Below are positions 26,096 through 40,526 of a DNA stretch of 64,000 nucleotides, piece after piece. Source of the DNA: Eledone cirrhosa (taxonomy: Eukaryota); contig OZ024743.1 in assembly GCA_964016885.1 (NCBI GenBank), positions 310,558,001-310,622,000 of the forward strand, given 5' to 3'. Positions within the stretch are counted from its first letter, which is position 1; every line of letters starts with the position of its first letter. The notes below the pieces were generated by a model. That model did no database searches. It saw only the letters and a list, made by a program, of their open reading frames with translations, and was not told the DNA's origin. The translations under genes were made by a program, and so were the position numbers.

Positions 26096-26744
26096 AGCTT
26101 CAACAAAACCAAAACCGCATGTGGAGGACATAAAACGCGCAGCTAGGCTGAGTTAAACTGATGGAAGCTGCAACAGATATTATTTTATGGTATTTGCCTG
26201 TAGATTCAGATGCTTCGCATTTTTAACATTGAAATATTGACTTAAATATCTCTCACATATTCACGATTTCAGTTTCCAATATAACGTCCATTACAACCAT
26301 TATGCGATGGACAAGAAAAAAGACAACGTTGCATACGGAATGTCTTTGAATGCTGATTCATCGCGTATGTGCATCTGTCACAAAGTTGTATTAATATGTT
26401 AGGAGAAGAAACGTACCACATTAACACAGAAAGACATTTTATACCAGTGAAAATTTCTGATGCTTTGAATGCTTTGTAAGAAAATATATTGGTTTGGTGT
26501 GTTTCAACAGAGAAGATAGTGCTATACAGAATATTTTAATGCCAAGTGCCAAGTTTTGAAAGATAAAAGACAATAGATAAATGGTGCTAAACAAAACATG
26601 TGTTCAAGTAAATAATAACATGACAGAAAAATGAAAAATATTGAGTAAACTTTATCTCTATTGTGTATATACATAAATCAAATGCTGAGATAGCAGGAAT
26701 AGAATGAATGCACGATAGTACATAGAAAAACGCGTAATAAATAC

Positions 26745-26866
26745 AAATATATATGTATATATTTATGTATTATATGTATATATATATATACGTATATGTA
26801 TATATGTAGACACACACTCATACACACACTCACACGCACACACACACACACACATATATATATATG

Positions 26867-26945
<79 letters not shown>

Positions 26946-27030
26946 TATACATACATATAGTATATATTTATCTGTGTGTATATATATAAATATATATATA
27001 CATAAATACTTAGATATGTGGGGATATGTA

Positions 27031-27120
<90 letters not shown>

Positions 27121-27162
27121 TACATATCCCCACATATCTAAATATTTATGTATATATATATT

Positions 27163-27218
<56 letters not shown>

Positions 27219-27225
27219 TATATAC
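26745..27225. repeat. Compound (TA)n/(CA)n microsatellite containing a short inverted repeat
   Basis: ttagatatgtggggatatg (27010) versus catatccccacatatctaa (27123). Confidence 0.9.
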
Positions 27226-27614
27226 TCTGACTTATTAATAACAAGATAATTTTCATTTTCCCACTACGATATTATTTGACTCAGCATATAGTAGATTTTA
27301 TTCATTTATATTTATCCATTGTTTTTCTTCTCATTTCCGTCTGTCTGTGATGTTAGAATTGTGTGTATGTGTGTGTTTATGTGTGTCTATGTGGGCCTCT
27401 GTGTGTGTCTCTCTCTCTATCTCTCTCTATCTATCTATCTATCTCTGTTATGATTTATTGAAACATTTGAGGTTGCTTTACTTTCACCTGCTAACAAGTC
27501 TGAAAAAGAGTCAAATTGAAGGCTCATGAACTTCACTCAACCTCGACTCAACGGGAAAATCTATCTATGAATTTAGAAAATTGAAGCTTTCGCCGTATTG
27601 TTTGTGTGTTGTGT

Positions 27615-27850
27615 GCTCCCAACACGCAAAAACTAGATGTTGTAGGACAGGACAAAGGAGGGACACAAAAGAAAAGTCCAGTCATTGAGGAGGTCATAGA
27701 ATGTGTTACAAAAAAGCTGACAACATATAAACAACCATCCGGTTATCGAACCAACCAACCAACCAAGCGGAAATTCATAGTAAATTGAAGTGAAAATCGA
27801 GAGGTGCGTGTGTTTATATTGACTGTATGGCCCGCCTAAAGTATAACTAT
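27615..27850 (+). repeat. Decayed pLTR of the PLE family at 44.1-46.5 kb
   Basis: Matches 44510-44757, including a decayed HHR (gtca-ttgagga-ggtcata..tgttac-aaaa..tgac). Confidence 0.7.
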
Positions 27851-27907
27851 TTAGACATAAATATAGTGAGAGAGAGATACTTATATACATACACACACAC
27901 ACACGCA

Positions 27908-27938
<31 letters not shown>

Positions 27939-27941
27939 GCA

Positions 27942-27974
<33 letters not shown>

Positions 27975-28221
27975 TTACACACACACACACACAAACATAT
28001 ATATATATATAGTTCTTTCGTTACTTTGGTATTGTGTGGTTGTGATTTGCCTACAGCAATGTTCAAATTGTCAAGCTATTTAAACGTATGTTATTACTCT
28101 AAGGACCTACCCGTATTGATTGCTTTGCTAACTCATTCCTATTGTAGGTCGACTTTGCTTGGCCACAGCCATAGCTTCGATTTTACTAAGCTTCCACTTG
28201 ATTACATATATATATGTAAGG

Positions 28222-28252
<31 letters not shown>

Positions 28253-28772
28253 TTGGTGTCCCTCAAATTTGTATATTGTAGATGGCATTGCCGCGAACCA
28301 AGAAGTTAACCCAAAAATGTGTATGTATCTTTGTCGCTACTCATATATTCCTAGTTTTGTCATGTAATCGTTATCTTGACACTCGAGGCTCACCTTTAGC
28401 TTCTGAGTTCCACTATGAAAGAGTTTCTACAGTTTATAAGTATCACAACTAGAAGAGGGCGATAATAAGGCAGATGTAGAATTGAAAGGGCCCACAGAAT
28501 CATTGCAGGGTCCACTGTAGTATTTTAGGGGCCAATGCTTTGCTTTCAAAAAATACCTGAAATCTCAGAGAAAGAATACATTTAAAAAAAAAAAAATAAA
28601 ATAATTAAACAAAGCATTTGGTCAACCAATTCCCCAGCGAATTACTAGAAACCAAAATATATGATAGTGCAAATAGCTGGAATCAGTGGTTGTACATTCT
28701 ACTAAATCTAAAGCTTAGTGTATTAATTCATACATGCAAACATACATATATAGAGACAGTCACACAAACATA

Positions 28773-28821
<49 letters not shown>

Positions 28822-29085
28822 GTATATATACATATATATATATTTATATATATATGTATATATATGTATATATATATATACATTGTGCATTGCTGCATAA
28901 TATATGCAGACAGATGGTGCAGTGCACCTTACAGCTGCATTAGTACGGCAGAAACTCGAGCCCGGGAACCTTATAGACACCCGTTTTACGTGTGTTGAGG
29001 CAAATAACTATATGTATACTCTGGTAATGTATCTTACATTGCCCATTGAGTGCGCTGAGATACAACCGGTACTGGATTCGTCAAC

Positions 29086-29173
<88 letters not shown>

Positions 29174-29448
29174 ATATAGAAGTGGTTACACAACAGTTAG
29201 TTCACCATACCGAGAACAATTGTTTCACCTTAGCGGATCGTCATCTCGTAATCATATATATATATATATATATGAATATATATGTATATATATATATTTA
29301 TATACTTACACACGAACTAATGGACCAAATAATATTTGGTATCAATAGGATAAAAACATCTGTCAAATCAATTAGTGGTGAATGTGGTGTATATATATTG
29401 CCTAAATTCAAGATATGAAATCTTCTCACGTTGTATATTTATATATAT

Positions 29449-29640
29449 TTGGCCGTGGATTGGCAGTATCGGTAGAGGGTCGGACGCCATGCTTTCCAGC
29501 ATAGTTACGTCCCTTTACGATCTGAGTTCAAATCCCGCCGAGGTTGACTTTGCCTTTCATCCTTACGGGGTCGATAAAATAAAGTACCTGTGATGAACTG
29601 GTGGTTGCTGGCCTTGTGCCTAAAGTAGAAACAGTTATAT
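29449..29640 (+). mobile_element. tRNA-derived SINE
   Basis: A box tggcagtatcgg, B box gagttcaaatc, core gactttgcctttcatcctt.cggggtcgataaaataaagtacc, tail ggccttgtgcctaaagtagaaac. Confidence 0.85.
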
Positions 29641-29681
29641 ATTTATATATATATTTATATATATATATATATTTATATATA

Positions 29682-29720
<39 letters not shown>

Positions 29721-29854
29721 ATAATCATAAATTTAAAGACTAAAATCCAAAGAGGGCTTGATAAGAATAAATATATATCAAATATATAAGAACCGTAGAG
29801 CAAATATTTATTAAAATTTCAGATTAAAGTCTTTGCTTAAACTTTAATCTGTTA

Positions 29855-30828
<974 letters not shown>

Positions 30829-31399
30829 ATATATATATATATAAACGTTTGAATATGTATAATAAAGCCAAAACAATGCAGGTATGGACATAGAAAAAAG
30901 AATGCAATTGCAAAAGATATTGTTGACAATTCGTCTTTTACCTTAGATTTATTTAAATGTCCTTAATTTTAGAGATAATATCTATTCTGCAGAGGGAAAT
31001 AAAGGTCTCAAACCAGCGTTCTAACTAGCTTGCCAAGCCATGCTGACAGGAAATAGTATAGAGTATATGTTCTATCTCTAATGTCAAAGAGTTAAAATTA
31101 GGTGGATAAAGAGTAGTCTCCCTTTAAAAGGGGTTTGTTTTTCGTTTTTTTTAATTTTTTATATATATACATGCCTGTTTAAGTGTGTGGGAGAATGCAT
31201 GAAGGTGTAAGTATGTGAGTGTGTGTGTGTGAGTGTGAGAAGATAAGTCTATTCGTAAATGCGGGGGATAGGTGTTATCTGGTGTTAGAACTGGTTTTGT
31301 GTGTGTATGTGTGAGAGAGAATAAGTGGAGGTGTAAGCGTGTGTGCGTATGCGTGCGTGTATGTGTGTGGGGTGTGTAAATATGGGGCTAGAATCCCTA

Positions 31400-33982
31400 T
31401 CAGGTTATAAATTGGGTGTTGAGTTCTAGTCTATTATTGATTGGTGGTTGTGTTTTATCTATAATTAGTGCTTCCTTAATTCTAAGATTGCCGAGGTTTC
31501 TTTCCTTAGTTTCTATCCTAACTGTTATGGTTTTGTCGGTGTTTTTGCATTTAACTAGGTGTTTCTTAAATGAGGAAGCGTTAGTATTGAGGTGTTCTTT
31601 TATTCTTATGTGGAGTGGTCTGGTGGTGCTACCTACGTAGAAGTTGTTGCATTTGTCACACTCTAGTCTGTATACGACGTAAGCCTGGTGGCATAGGTCT
31701 GTGTCGTTGATGGGGCAGTTGGCTAGTCTGCAGCAGTTGTCATGTCTGGTGGAGTGTCTTTTGGTTAGCTGTCCGCGTAGAGAAGGACCTGAGTGGGCCA
31801 GTTGGATATCTAGTCCCTCTCCTCTGATGGCTCTGCGGATGGCTGTTGTTGTTTCTTCACTGAAGTGTGGGAGCTTCAGGAGGCAAGTGTTAGTGCCTCG
31901 GGTGTGGTGTCCTCTGTTCTTTCTGGCACGGTTTGTGGTGGATGTCGTGTATCCGTTCAGTTTGAGTACTTTTCAGGAAATGTGTGGTGTGTGTGTCTCG
32001 GTCTCTAGCGTCGGTGCATTTGTTCCGGATACGTGGCAATTCGTTCCTTATGTATCCGAACTTGGCACCAAGTGGGAGGGCCGATCTGAAATGTACGAAC
32101 AGGTCCCTGCTGGCGGCTTTTTTATAGAAGCAGGTGTGGATGTTGCCTTCCTCTGTTACCCTGAGTTGGAAGTCCAGTAGGGATAGGGATCCGCGGTCAT
32201 CGGGGTGTTCCATGCTGAACTTTATACTGGCGTCCATGCTGGAGAATGTTGTGTATATATTATCTGCCTCCTCACGGGATGATGTAAGGATGAGTATGTC
32301 ATCTACATATCGGGTGAAGAAGGCATGGGAATGGCAGGTGTTGAGGGCTCGGCATTCTAGCTGGTTCATGTAGGTGATGGCCAGCAGGCCCGATAGGCTG
32401 GATCCCATGGGTAATCCTGTTGTCTGTCTGTATGTGTGGTGGTGGAAGGTGAAGTACATGTTGTCTACTGTGAAGGACAAAAGCTGGTGTATGTCCGTCG
32501 GGTGGAGGCCGTAGCAGTGGATGTCCTCTGCGACCACGCAGTCCGTCAATAAATTGACAGCTGGATGAGCGGGGACTGTAGTGTAGAGGGAGACAACGTC
32601 GAGGCTAAAAGCGTATTTATTTAGTTTAAGTTGTTCTGGCTGGAGTTGGTGTAGTCTACGTATAACTTCGTCGGAGCTACTGACATGCCCGGGAAAGGTG
32701 GAGAGTAGAGGCTTGAGGACCTGGGAGAGGAGCCCGGAAATTTTGTATAGGGGTCCTTCTATGCTAGAGACGATGGGTCTTATCTGCGTCTTAGTACTAT
32801 TCTTGTGGGTCTTGATGAGGTGGTAGAAAGTACGCAGTCTGCTATTTCTAGTGGTGTAGTTGAGCTTAACTTTATTTGGGAGTTGTCTTCTCCTACAGAT
32901 ATCGAACCAAATGGAGTTGGTTTGTTTTTCGATCTGGGCTGCAGTCATGTCCGGGATCTCTGTGTATAACTCATTGTCGCTTAGGTGTTCAAGGGCTAGG
33001 TTATTGTATGTGGCTTGAGAGATGACGCAAAACTCTTTACCTTTGTCGGATCGTAAGTATATAAGTTCCCTATTCCGTAGGTTCTTCAGGGCGAGTTGTT
33101 GTGTCCTGGAGAGGTGTGGGACTATCTTCTTCTGTTTCCGTAAGATGTTAAATACGGAATGTTTTAGTCTCGAGAGTTTTTCTTCAAGCTCGCGGTTGGC
33201 AGGCGGTGGACAGAGTGGGCGATCTAGTTGGTATATCGGGAATCTGGGTTTGATAGATTCCGTGTTGTTGTTGTCGAGAGTCGATATCCATTTTAGTTGG
33301 TAGGCAGCCCGACAGAAATTCGTTTCTATGTCGAGCCATAATTTGTCGTCCAGTCTCTGTTTCAATATGAACTTGGGACCCAGGCTGAGGAGGTCTAATT
33401 CCTCTCGGGAGAGGGATCCTGTCAAGTCTGTGACGAGGTGTTTTGCGTCAGGTGTGTTGTTAGTCGGGGTGCCGCTAGGTTCGGTGTTGGTACCGTCTTG
33501 TTCGCCTCTGTTGGTGTTTAGAGTTGGAATGTTGTTAAGACAATTGGCCGTCCTGAGTTTGAGAAATGTTTGCGTTAGACGTATTTTCTCGTAGTCTCGG
33601 CGATGGTGGTATGAGCTGTCTATCGTGGCGGAGATGACTCTGGACAGAGGTTCTGGGGTTTCAGCGAGTTGTGGTACAAGGCTGGAAATAGTCCGTATGT
33701 GATGTTGTAGCGTGCGGTGTAGGTGTTGTATGAGTTTTCTTAGGCAGAATTTTTGTATGTAATTAAGTGATCGTTTGTGGCCTGGTGATTTGAAGCATGT
33801 TGGTAGGTGCAACTTTTTGATAGTTTTGGGATGATGTTGTTATTCAGGCATCGTTTTAGGAAGTTTATTTGGCAGCTGGCTTTGGCGCGCTTTTCAGATA
33901 GCTGGAAGTGTTTCTTTACAGTTGTGAACTGGGCCTGGCTCAGGCGTAAGGAAAGGAGGAGGTTATAGTTCACTTGAAGCAT
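31400..33982 (-). pseudogene. PLE RT + GIY-YIG ORF with two frameshifts
   Basis: RSDKGKEF, LIKTHK, IRPIVS, SLDVVSLYT, GLPMGSSLSG, TRYVDD, LLDFQL. Manual translation gives LCHQAYVVYRLECDKCNNFYVGSTTRPLHIRIKEH and PINNRLE then TGA at 31400. ATG at 33982. Confidence 0.92.
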
Positions 33983-34117
33983 TGTGTAATGAGGTATAAA
34001 CGCTTGAATATGTATAATAAAGCCAAAACAATGCAGGTATGGACATAGAAAAAAGAATACAAATGCAAAAGATATTGTTGACAAAATTCGTCTTTTACCT
34101 TAGATGTATTTAAATGT

Positions 34118-34152
34118 CCTTAATTTTCGAGATAATATCTCTTCTTCAGAGG
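34118..34152 (-). ncRNA. Minimal type-I hammerhead ribozyme in 5' pLTR
   Basis: cct-CTGAAGA-a-GAGA tatta TCTC-GAAA-a-TTA-agg. The 3' copy (~30961-30995) is mutated. Confidence 0.75.
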
Positions 34153-34430
34153 GAAATAAAGGTCTCTCGCTCTATATATATATATATATATAAGAGAGTA
34201 TTGAAGTTTGCTTGAAGCATTGTGGAATAATAAGTAAATATCTTTAAGTCGTTTGTAAACCTCGACAATGCAAATGGGTAACAAGATCCGGTGGTGGAGA
34301 GAGAGATGTAAGTGGGTGTACGTTGAGATGCGTGGTGTGTATGAGATGTGTAGATTAATGGAGGAAAGAGTATAAAGGATGAAATAAAAATAACAACACG
34401 AGAGAGAGTTACCTTGGGAGAGATTTAATT

Positions 34431-34464
<34 letters not shown>

Positions 34465-34496
34465 TATACACACACGCACACACACACACATATATA

Positions 34497-34552
<56 letters not shown>

Positions 34553-34655
34553 TAAATATTTGCACATACACCAATTAAACAAAGTCACAGGTATATATGT
34601 GATATGGCAACTATTCACGATGTGGCTCAATGAAGAATTAAACAATCAGAGCCAA

Positions 34656-35255
34656 ATACTATAGAGTAAAGCATGTCCAGAGAATTATTTGATAATATAT
34701 ATATATCATCTCTACACCCAATCAGCATAATTAACCACACAAAAAATCAATTAGACCAGGCTATAAGAATAAAAGGCATCTATGAAGAAACAGTAAATAA
34801 ATACGCCACAGCGCGTCTTCGCGTCCAACCGCTATAGAATATTTATCAAACATCTGTTCTAGCGAGTTTGTCCCCTGAAGAGTTCTAAAACTCGAGATTT
34901 ATCCTTAATAAGGTATCTCAAAAGTGAGCGAAACCCATGTGTCGGGATTTAGTGATTTAATCCTGGTATGTATATAAGCATTTCAAACTTTAATTTTACC
35001 TAATTATGTATGGTTGACCGTATATTTAATTAATTTCCACGTGCTGTTGAAATGTTGGGTAAATATTCTATAATGGTTGGACGCGAAGACGCCGCTGTAG
35101 CGTATTTATTTACTGTTTCTTCATAGATACCTTTTATTCTTATATCCTGGTCTAATTGATTTTTTGTGTGGTTAATTATGCTGATTGGGAGTAGAGATGA
35201 TGTATATATATATTATCAAATAATTCTCTGGACATGCTTTACTCTATAGTATATA
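34656..35255. repeat. Inverted repeat with ~195-bp arms around a ~200-bp HHR-containing spacer
   Basis: 34656-34852 is the reverse complement of 35053-35254. Confidence 0.88.
34870..34948 (+). ncRNA. Type-I hammerhead ribozyme with extended stem II
   Basis: gtccc-CTGAAGA-gttc..gagat..cctt aat aagg..atctc..gagc-GAAA-cccatgt-GTC-gggat. Confidence 0.8.
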
Positions 35256-36611
35256 TATATATATATATATAATTGGTGTGGGATGCTTAAAGCGTCCGTA
35301 AGCGGTAGGCCGTTTGAGCACTCGATGCTCTTACAGAGCAGAGTACTGTATCACATAAGAAACGGAGAATCAGTTTTGCGACTGTAGACACCTCAGGGCC
35401 GATACCTCCCTCAAGCTATATGGACAATAACAAAACATTGAGATGGACCATCCCTCTAACTATAAGGACAGCAGCCCCACCATACCACTGCCTCGATAGA
35501 CTCATGTGACAACACATACTTATGCATATGTCCATACATAGATACTGTTATTTAAGATTGTACATGCACAGATACTTACATGTGTGTATGCGTGTGGGTG
35601 TGTGTGTGTACGTGTGTGTATGTGGGTGGGTGTGGGTTTATAATGTGTGTGTGTATGAATGGGTGTGTGTGTGTGGGGGGGTGCTTAGGGGATGCACCTG
35701 GGCCTGTGCGTGTGTGCTTGAAACGATGTGAATTGACATACACGCATATGAGCTCCATTCCAAAATGGGAACTGTAGTCCTCTGCACTTCCTGAGTTTAA
35801 CACTCGGGTTATGGGGTATTACACTCCACCCTTGTCTCATTTGCTCTTAAAACGAACCACACAATAATAGCGTAAAGATTGATTCTGACACAGCCTTTAT
35901 ACTTCTGTCAATATCTTCCAAATGTTTCTAACTTTGAGATTGGTTATAACACACACGCATTTTATTTGATTATCTTATTCCTTTTACTATTTTATCCTTC
36001 TTTGTTTATTTATTTGCTTATTTCATTTTATCTTATTTTATTTTTTATTTCCTTATTTTATTCTTATTTTTTAGTCTTTTATCATTTCATTTCATTTTAT
36101 TTTTCTCTTCATTTTTCTATTTTTATTTTTTTTATTTTCTTCATTTTATTGCCTTTTATTTCTCCAATTTTACTGTATCTTATTTCTTTATCTGCTTGGC
36201 ACAACTCCCCCCCCCCCCCTCTCCCCTACAACAACCACGAGAAATGGTGGCAGGATAGATGCCAGCACACACAAATTCTTCTAAAAATAGGATCAGCCGG
36301 AATTAAGCTGACCTCAACACCACTACCAACATAAGGGAAGAGGTCGGATGTACTTAACAATAACAAAAACAACCACTACATCTTGCCTCGCCTCAGAATG
36401 AATTTATATAGACTTTTGACTGAAGAATGTTCTCACAACTGACCAATGGGGGGAGATGGTGTCCTTTGACGCTGAAATTCGTTTGTTCGAATTCATATGA
36501 TTCCAGTTCCTCAGAGAAATAACAACCCTACCAGGAACTGAGCATATCAGAGTAATTACGAAGTTAAAAACCTCAACAACATGTCTACCCGTCGCTACCA
36601 CACCAATTCGG

Positions 36612-36666
36612 ACTGCCTGAAGAGGTTACAGCCAAAGATAACTGTCACCGAAATATATATAGCAGT
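36612..36666 (+). ncRNA. Type-I hammerhead ribozyme near the 3' end of a ~1.5-kb TA-flanked non-coding segment (probable solo pLTR, 35272-36810)
   Basis: actgc-CTGAAGA-ggt.acag..ctgt.acc-GAAA-tatat-ATA-gcagt. Confidence 0.88.
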
Positions 36667-36808
36667 AATAAACGAAGCCAAATTTTAAATATTTGACTTA
36701 TTTATTTTATTTTACATTACTCTGGAGTAACCAAACCAACCTGCGCACTTTCGGGTGTTCCAATCTGCATACTGCGGTGTCGGTAAACAACTAACATATA
36801 CTCAAAAT

Positions 36809-36863
<55 letters not shown>

Positions 36864-36910
36864 GAAAGAGAGAGAGAGAGAGAGTGGGAAAGAGAGAGAG
36901 AGAGAGAGAG

Positions 36911-39565
36911 GGGGGTAGTAACACAACAGTTAGTTCACCATACCAAGTACAATTCTATCAACTTATGTCGATCTTCAGCTCAGTTATACGGAACACGAAA
37001 AACAATCGCATGACGCGCGTGCGCAGAAACGGTCACTTCACCCAAGTGATACAAAACCACGGGCGAAAGGTGTAAGGGAGATAACTGCGAATGTCTGGAA
37101 TAAAATGTTCGAGTTGATTAGATTATTAGAATCTTGTTGTTATTAAATCCGGTGCTTTGTAGTTATGCAAGAGGTGTTTCCAGACATGTGGACAACGTGA
37201 GAAGATTTCATATATTGAATTTAAGCAATCGCTATTGCATAATCACCTTAGAATATTTATCCTTTCTTCAATACACAGTCCACAAACGGATTGTCCCTTG
37301 CGTATGGTTTGGACTTAGTGATAGCTTTCCATTGAATGGAATAGTTTATACCTGAGTCTTTGAGAGACAATACATGGCTCGCGAGCTTCGTGGATAATCG
37401 TTTGTCCGTGTACCTAAAGTTCGACTAATGGTTCAGGAAGCGTTCCTTAAATCGGAGCTCCACCATTTCCACATAGGATTTGCCCTCCTGCGGTTGACTT
37501 GGTCGGTTGGAAGTGACCACAGCTTCATAAACTATATTGGGTGTGTTGCATTGCTTTTGAAGGGGACCAGCTTCAGGCTTTCGACAAGAGCATCCTGGTG
37601 GGCTGCCGTTCTTAGGACTGTTGGTGATGTGGGCCTGCATATTCTTAGCGCAGGAGTACCCTAGTTTTACTCTGTGTCTGTTAAAGATGGTGCGGTATTT
37701 GTGACCTATAGGAAAGTGTCTATCTAAGAGGGCTAAACAATGTTTTCCTACATTAGTTTTAACGTTGAGTGAGAAGGGAGGGGAGAACAGATGGTTTGTC
37801 TATTGTTATGATTTCTTTTCTTATTGCTGTTGGTGTTAGAGGGGGGAGTAAGTAATTGGTTGCGAGAAGCCGCTGTTGTATTAGGTGGCCGGTCTGTCAA
37901 AGATTGTTTTATTAGAGGAGAGGTTAAAGATTCTAGTATTGATATTATTTACGAAGTTTCTAAAAACAGTAGGAGGGTGGCATGAGTCCTTGTGTATGCA
38001 ATTAAGTTTTTCGTTTAGTTTATGGAAGAGTCTAAAGGTATGTGTGCGAAGGTCTAAATTAATGTCTAAGAAATCTACGCTAGAGAGGTTGGTAGCTGCC
38101 GTTATCCTAACTCATTAAAAGTAGAAATTAAATCTTTTTTATTCCGCTCCAGGTCGTGACCACTTTTATGGCTCGATAACGTCAGACCATCGTCGCGGTA
38201 TATTCCCGTGTGGAAGTCTGGGAATCTAAAACGTAATGTATCTAAAATAAATAATCCAACCAAGTCGCATACGTCAGCACTGTCGAACGATCCCATGGAA
38301 ACGTCGAATAGTTCTGAAGTGTTTGACTTCTTTGCCCAGGCTACTCCGTTGTTGAAGAGGAGGGTTGAACGGTAGTGAAAATGGTAGCAAAGTCCAACGC
38401 TTTGTTTAACAGGGTCTCTGAGATCGACGGGTAAAAATCCACAATGTCGAATTGCGTGAACTTCGCTTTTTTTTGGAGTTGAAGGAGTTAAACAACTTAA
38501 TGACTGAGTCGAGTCGCTGTTCTCCCATTGGGACAGGTTGGACTTGGTCCTAATGGTCGTAACTATGTTCCTAAGTATAGCCTTACTGACTAGTCCCATT
38601 TCCGTGCGTATCGGGCTTAGTAGTCTACACGTGGGATTAAAAGCAAAGTCTACCTTGTGATCCTTCCGGGTGAGAAACGTCTCACGATTAGCTAAGCATT
38701 GTAGTATCTTATCTACCTTAAGGGCAGCAGCAAGGTCTTTGGCTTCTGTGTTGATGTCGTGGTAGGCCGTAAGGTTAGCCTTCTTATATTTAGAGATTAT
38801 GGCGTTACGTGCCAAGAGGCTGTAAGTAGTGTTGTCGACTTCGTAAATATTATTGGTTTTGTCAGAAAGAACGAAAGTTTTATTGTAAGAACTTAATTTC
38901 TTAACATTATTTCTAAGTTTAGTTTGGAAGGTGCTAGAGTGTTTGCAAAAGGAAATGTTAGCGACTAAGTCAAGGAGATCCTCTTCGAAAGGAGCGAGTT
39001 CATATACTTTAGGAGGGTAGGCTCTCGATTTCAAGTTGAAGGTGTTACTGGTGCCTGTAATTTTACCGACAAAAGCTAGGGCTTTCCATCTTAAGCGTTT
39101 GACGACGCCTTCCACTTTTCGTAGGAGAAGTTTTAAGTAAACATAGTTGGAGGGAGTGGGTATATTCTTCAGAGAATTATCCAGTTCGTATAAACCCATT
39201 CTGACGTTGGTGAGACAGAAAGTTGTATAAGACACGAGGATATAGAGAGCGCTCACAGGGTAGAAAGCCAAAATCCATGTGATGAGAAGGATCTGCTAAA
39301 AGCCAAACTTCCACCTGATGAAAAGAATCTGCTGACAGCTGCCGGAGACGTGCATAGAGGTAGAACACTGGAAGGTAATATCCGTAGTGGTAGAGCACTC
39401 AATCCATGGGACGAGTTTAGTAAAAGTAGTAACACAACAGTTAGTTCACCATACCGAGAACAATTTTTTCACCTTATGCCGAGCTTTAGCTTGGGTAAAG
39501 TGACCGTTTCTGCACACGCGCTTTCACACGGTTGTTTTTCCTGTTCCGTATAACCATTACCCGTC
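36911..39565 (-). mobile_element. Penelope-like element (Hydra-type motifs), decayed ORF ~37160-39200, with pLTR copies at both ends
   Basis: SLKNIP, LRWKA, SDKTNNIY, DVSMGSFDSADVCDLVG, GIYRDDGL; CSCRKP..PLQKQC..NIVY, FKERFLNH. 36917-37045 recurs, partly inverted, at 39426-39555. Confidence 0.9.
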
Positions 39566-39569
39566 CAGG

Positions 39570-39712
39570 CTTTCACGCTTAACGGGATCTTCTGTAACTG
39601 TTCTTTAATCTGTTATTTTAATAAATATTTGCTCTATGAATTTATATATTTCGATATATATATTATCCCCATCGGGCCCTCTCCGGATTTTAGTTTTCAC
39701 ATTCATTGTTAT

Positions 39713-39716
<4 letters not shown>
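39570..39716. repeat. Rearranged pLTR fragment of the 54.5-57.2 kb PLE family
   Basis: ctttcac.cttaacgggatcttctg followed by ctttaatctgttattttaataaatatttgctcta. Similar small pieces occur at 29716-29860. Confidence 0.7.
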
Positions 39717-39749
<33 letters not shown>

Positions 39750-39754
39750 TATGT

Positions 39755-40125
39755 ATAGTATATTTGGCAATATACCGTATGTTTAATTAAAAACATGTAG
39801 AAGACCATTCGCTATCAGTTTTAAAGTAGTGACTATGTCACTTACTTATATTTTCGGCAAAAGGTGAGAGAATGGCTGACAGCTGTTTCTCGCTGCTTGG
39901 CGTTTATCAAAGCCACGCACTCACCCGCCTTGCCGAAAATTATAGAAGCTGGATTCTTATAGAATTCCAGTAATAATCAGGAGCTGATTACACAGAGCGA
40001 TTGCCGGTCCAGCAAAAATTAGGTATTATTATTGGTGCTCTGAAATAGCGATATATACATGAATGTATATTTGGCAATATACCGTATGTTTGATAAAAAA
40101 CATTTAGAAGACAATTCGCTATGAG
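39755..40125 (-). repeat. Retrozyme-like ~310-bp unit (1.2 copies) with U3-A8 HHR at 39873-39915
   Basis: gtatatttggcaatataccgtatgttt at 39758 and 40065. tggct-TTGATAA-a cgc caagca gcg a-GAAA-cagct-GTC-agcca. Confidence 0.82.
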
Positions 40126-40337
40126 AGCCCCATATATACATATATATATATACATGTAATCTGATCTTTTCGAATATTAATAATAACATTTGATTCGTTT
40201 GCAATTATGCAAACAACCCTTATTTTTAAAGCCATATCAGTAGAATTACAAACGAATCGAATGTTATTAATATTCGAAATATTCAGATTACATTTACAGT
40301 ATTCAGCCATGTAGAGCAACATTTTACACACACACAC

Positions 40338-40397
<60 letters not shown>

Positions 40398-40444
40398 AAC
40401 GTAGAATAAGAAAATTATAAAATTAACTTACTTACTAATATATC

Positions 40445-40526
40445 ACTTCCAACTAATTAGTTTCTGGAATGGAGTAAATATGTTTTCCGAAGAAGATATT
40501 GAAAAGCATTCCGTCGTCAGGGAAGT
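40445..40526 (-). ncRNA. Type-I hammerhead ribozyme (sister copy 40967-41048 has A9T)
   Basis: Reverse complement of the 41698 motif. Confidence 0.85.

Larger units (their letters stand above)
30841..34168 (-). mobile_element. Near full-length Penelope-like element with ~170-bp terminal direct repeats (partial tandem pLTR) in (TA)n
   Basis: 30841-31009 matches 33997-34166, with the RT-EN ORF between. An HHR lies in the repeat. Confidence 0.93.

Noticed and set aside
24256-26740. Host exons in the least repetitive stretch
   Set aside because: No convincing ORF or splice-supported exon by eye. Small exons cannot be excluded without RNA-seq.
29449-29540. tRNA gene
   Set aside because: The A and B boxes belong to a SINE head and there is no cloverleaf.
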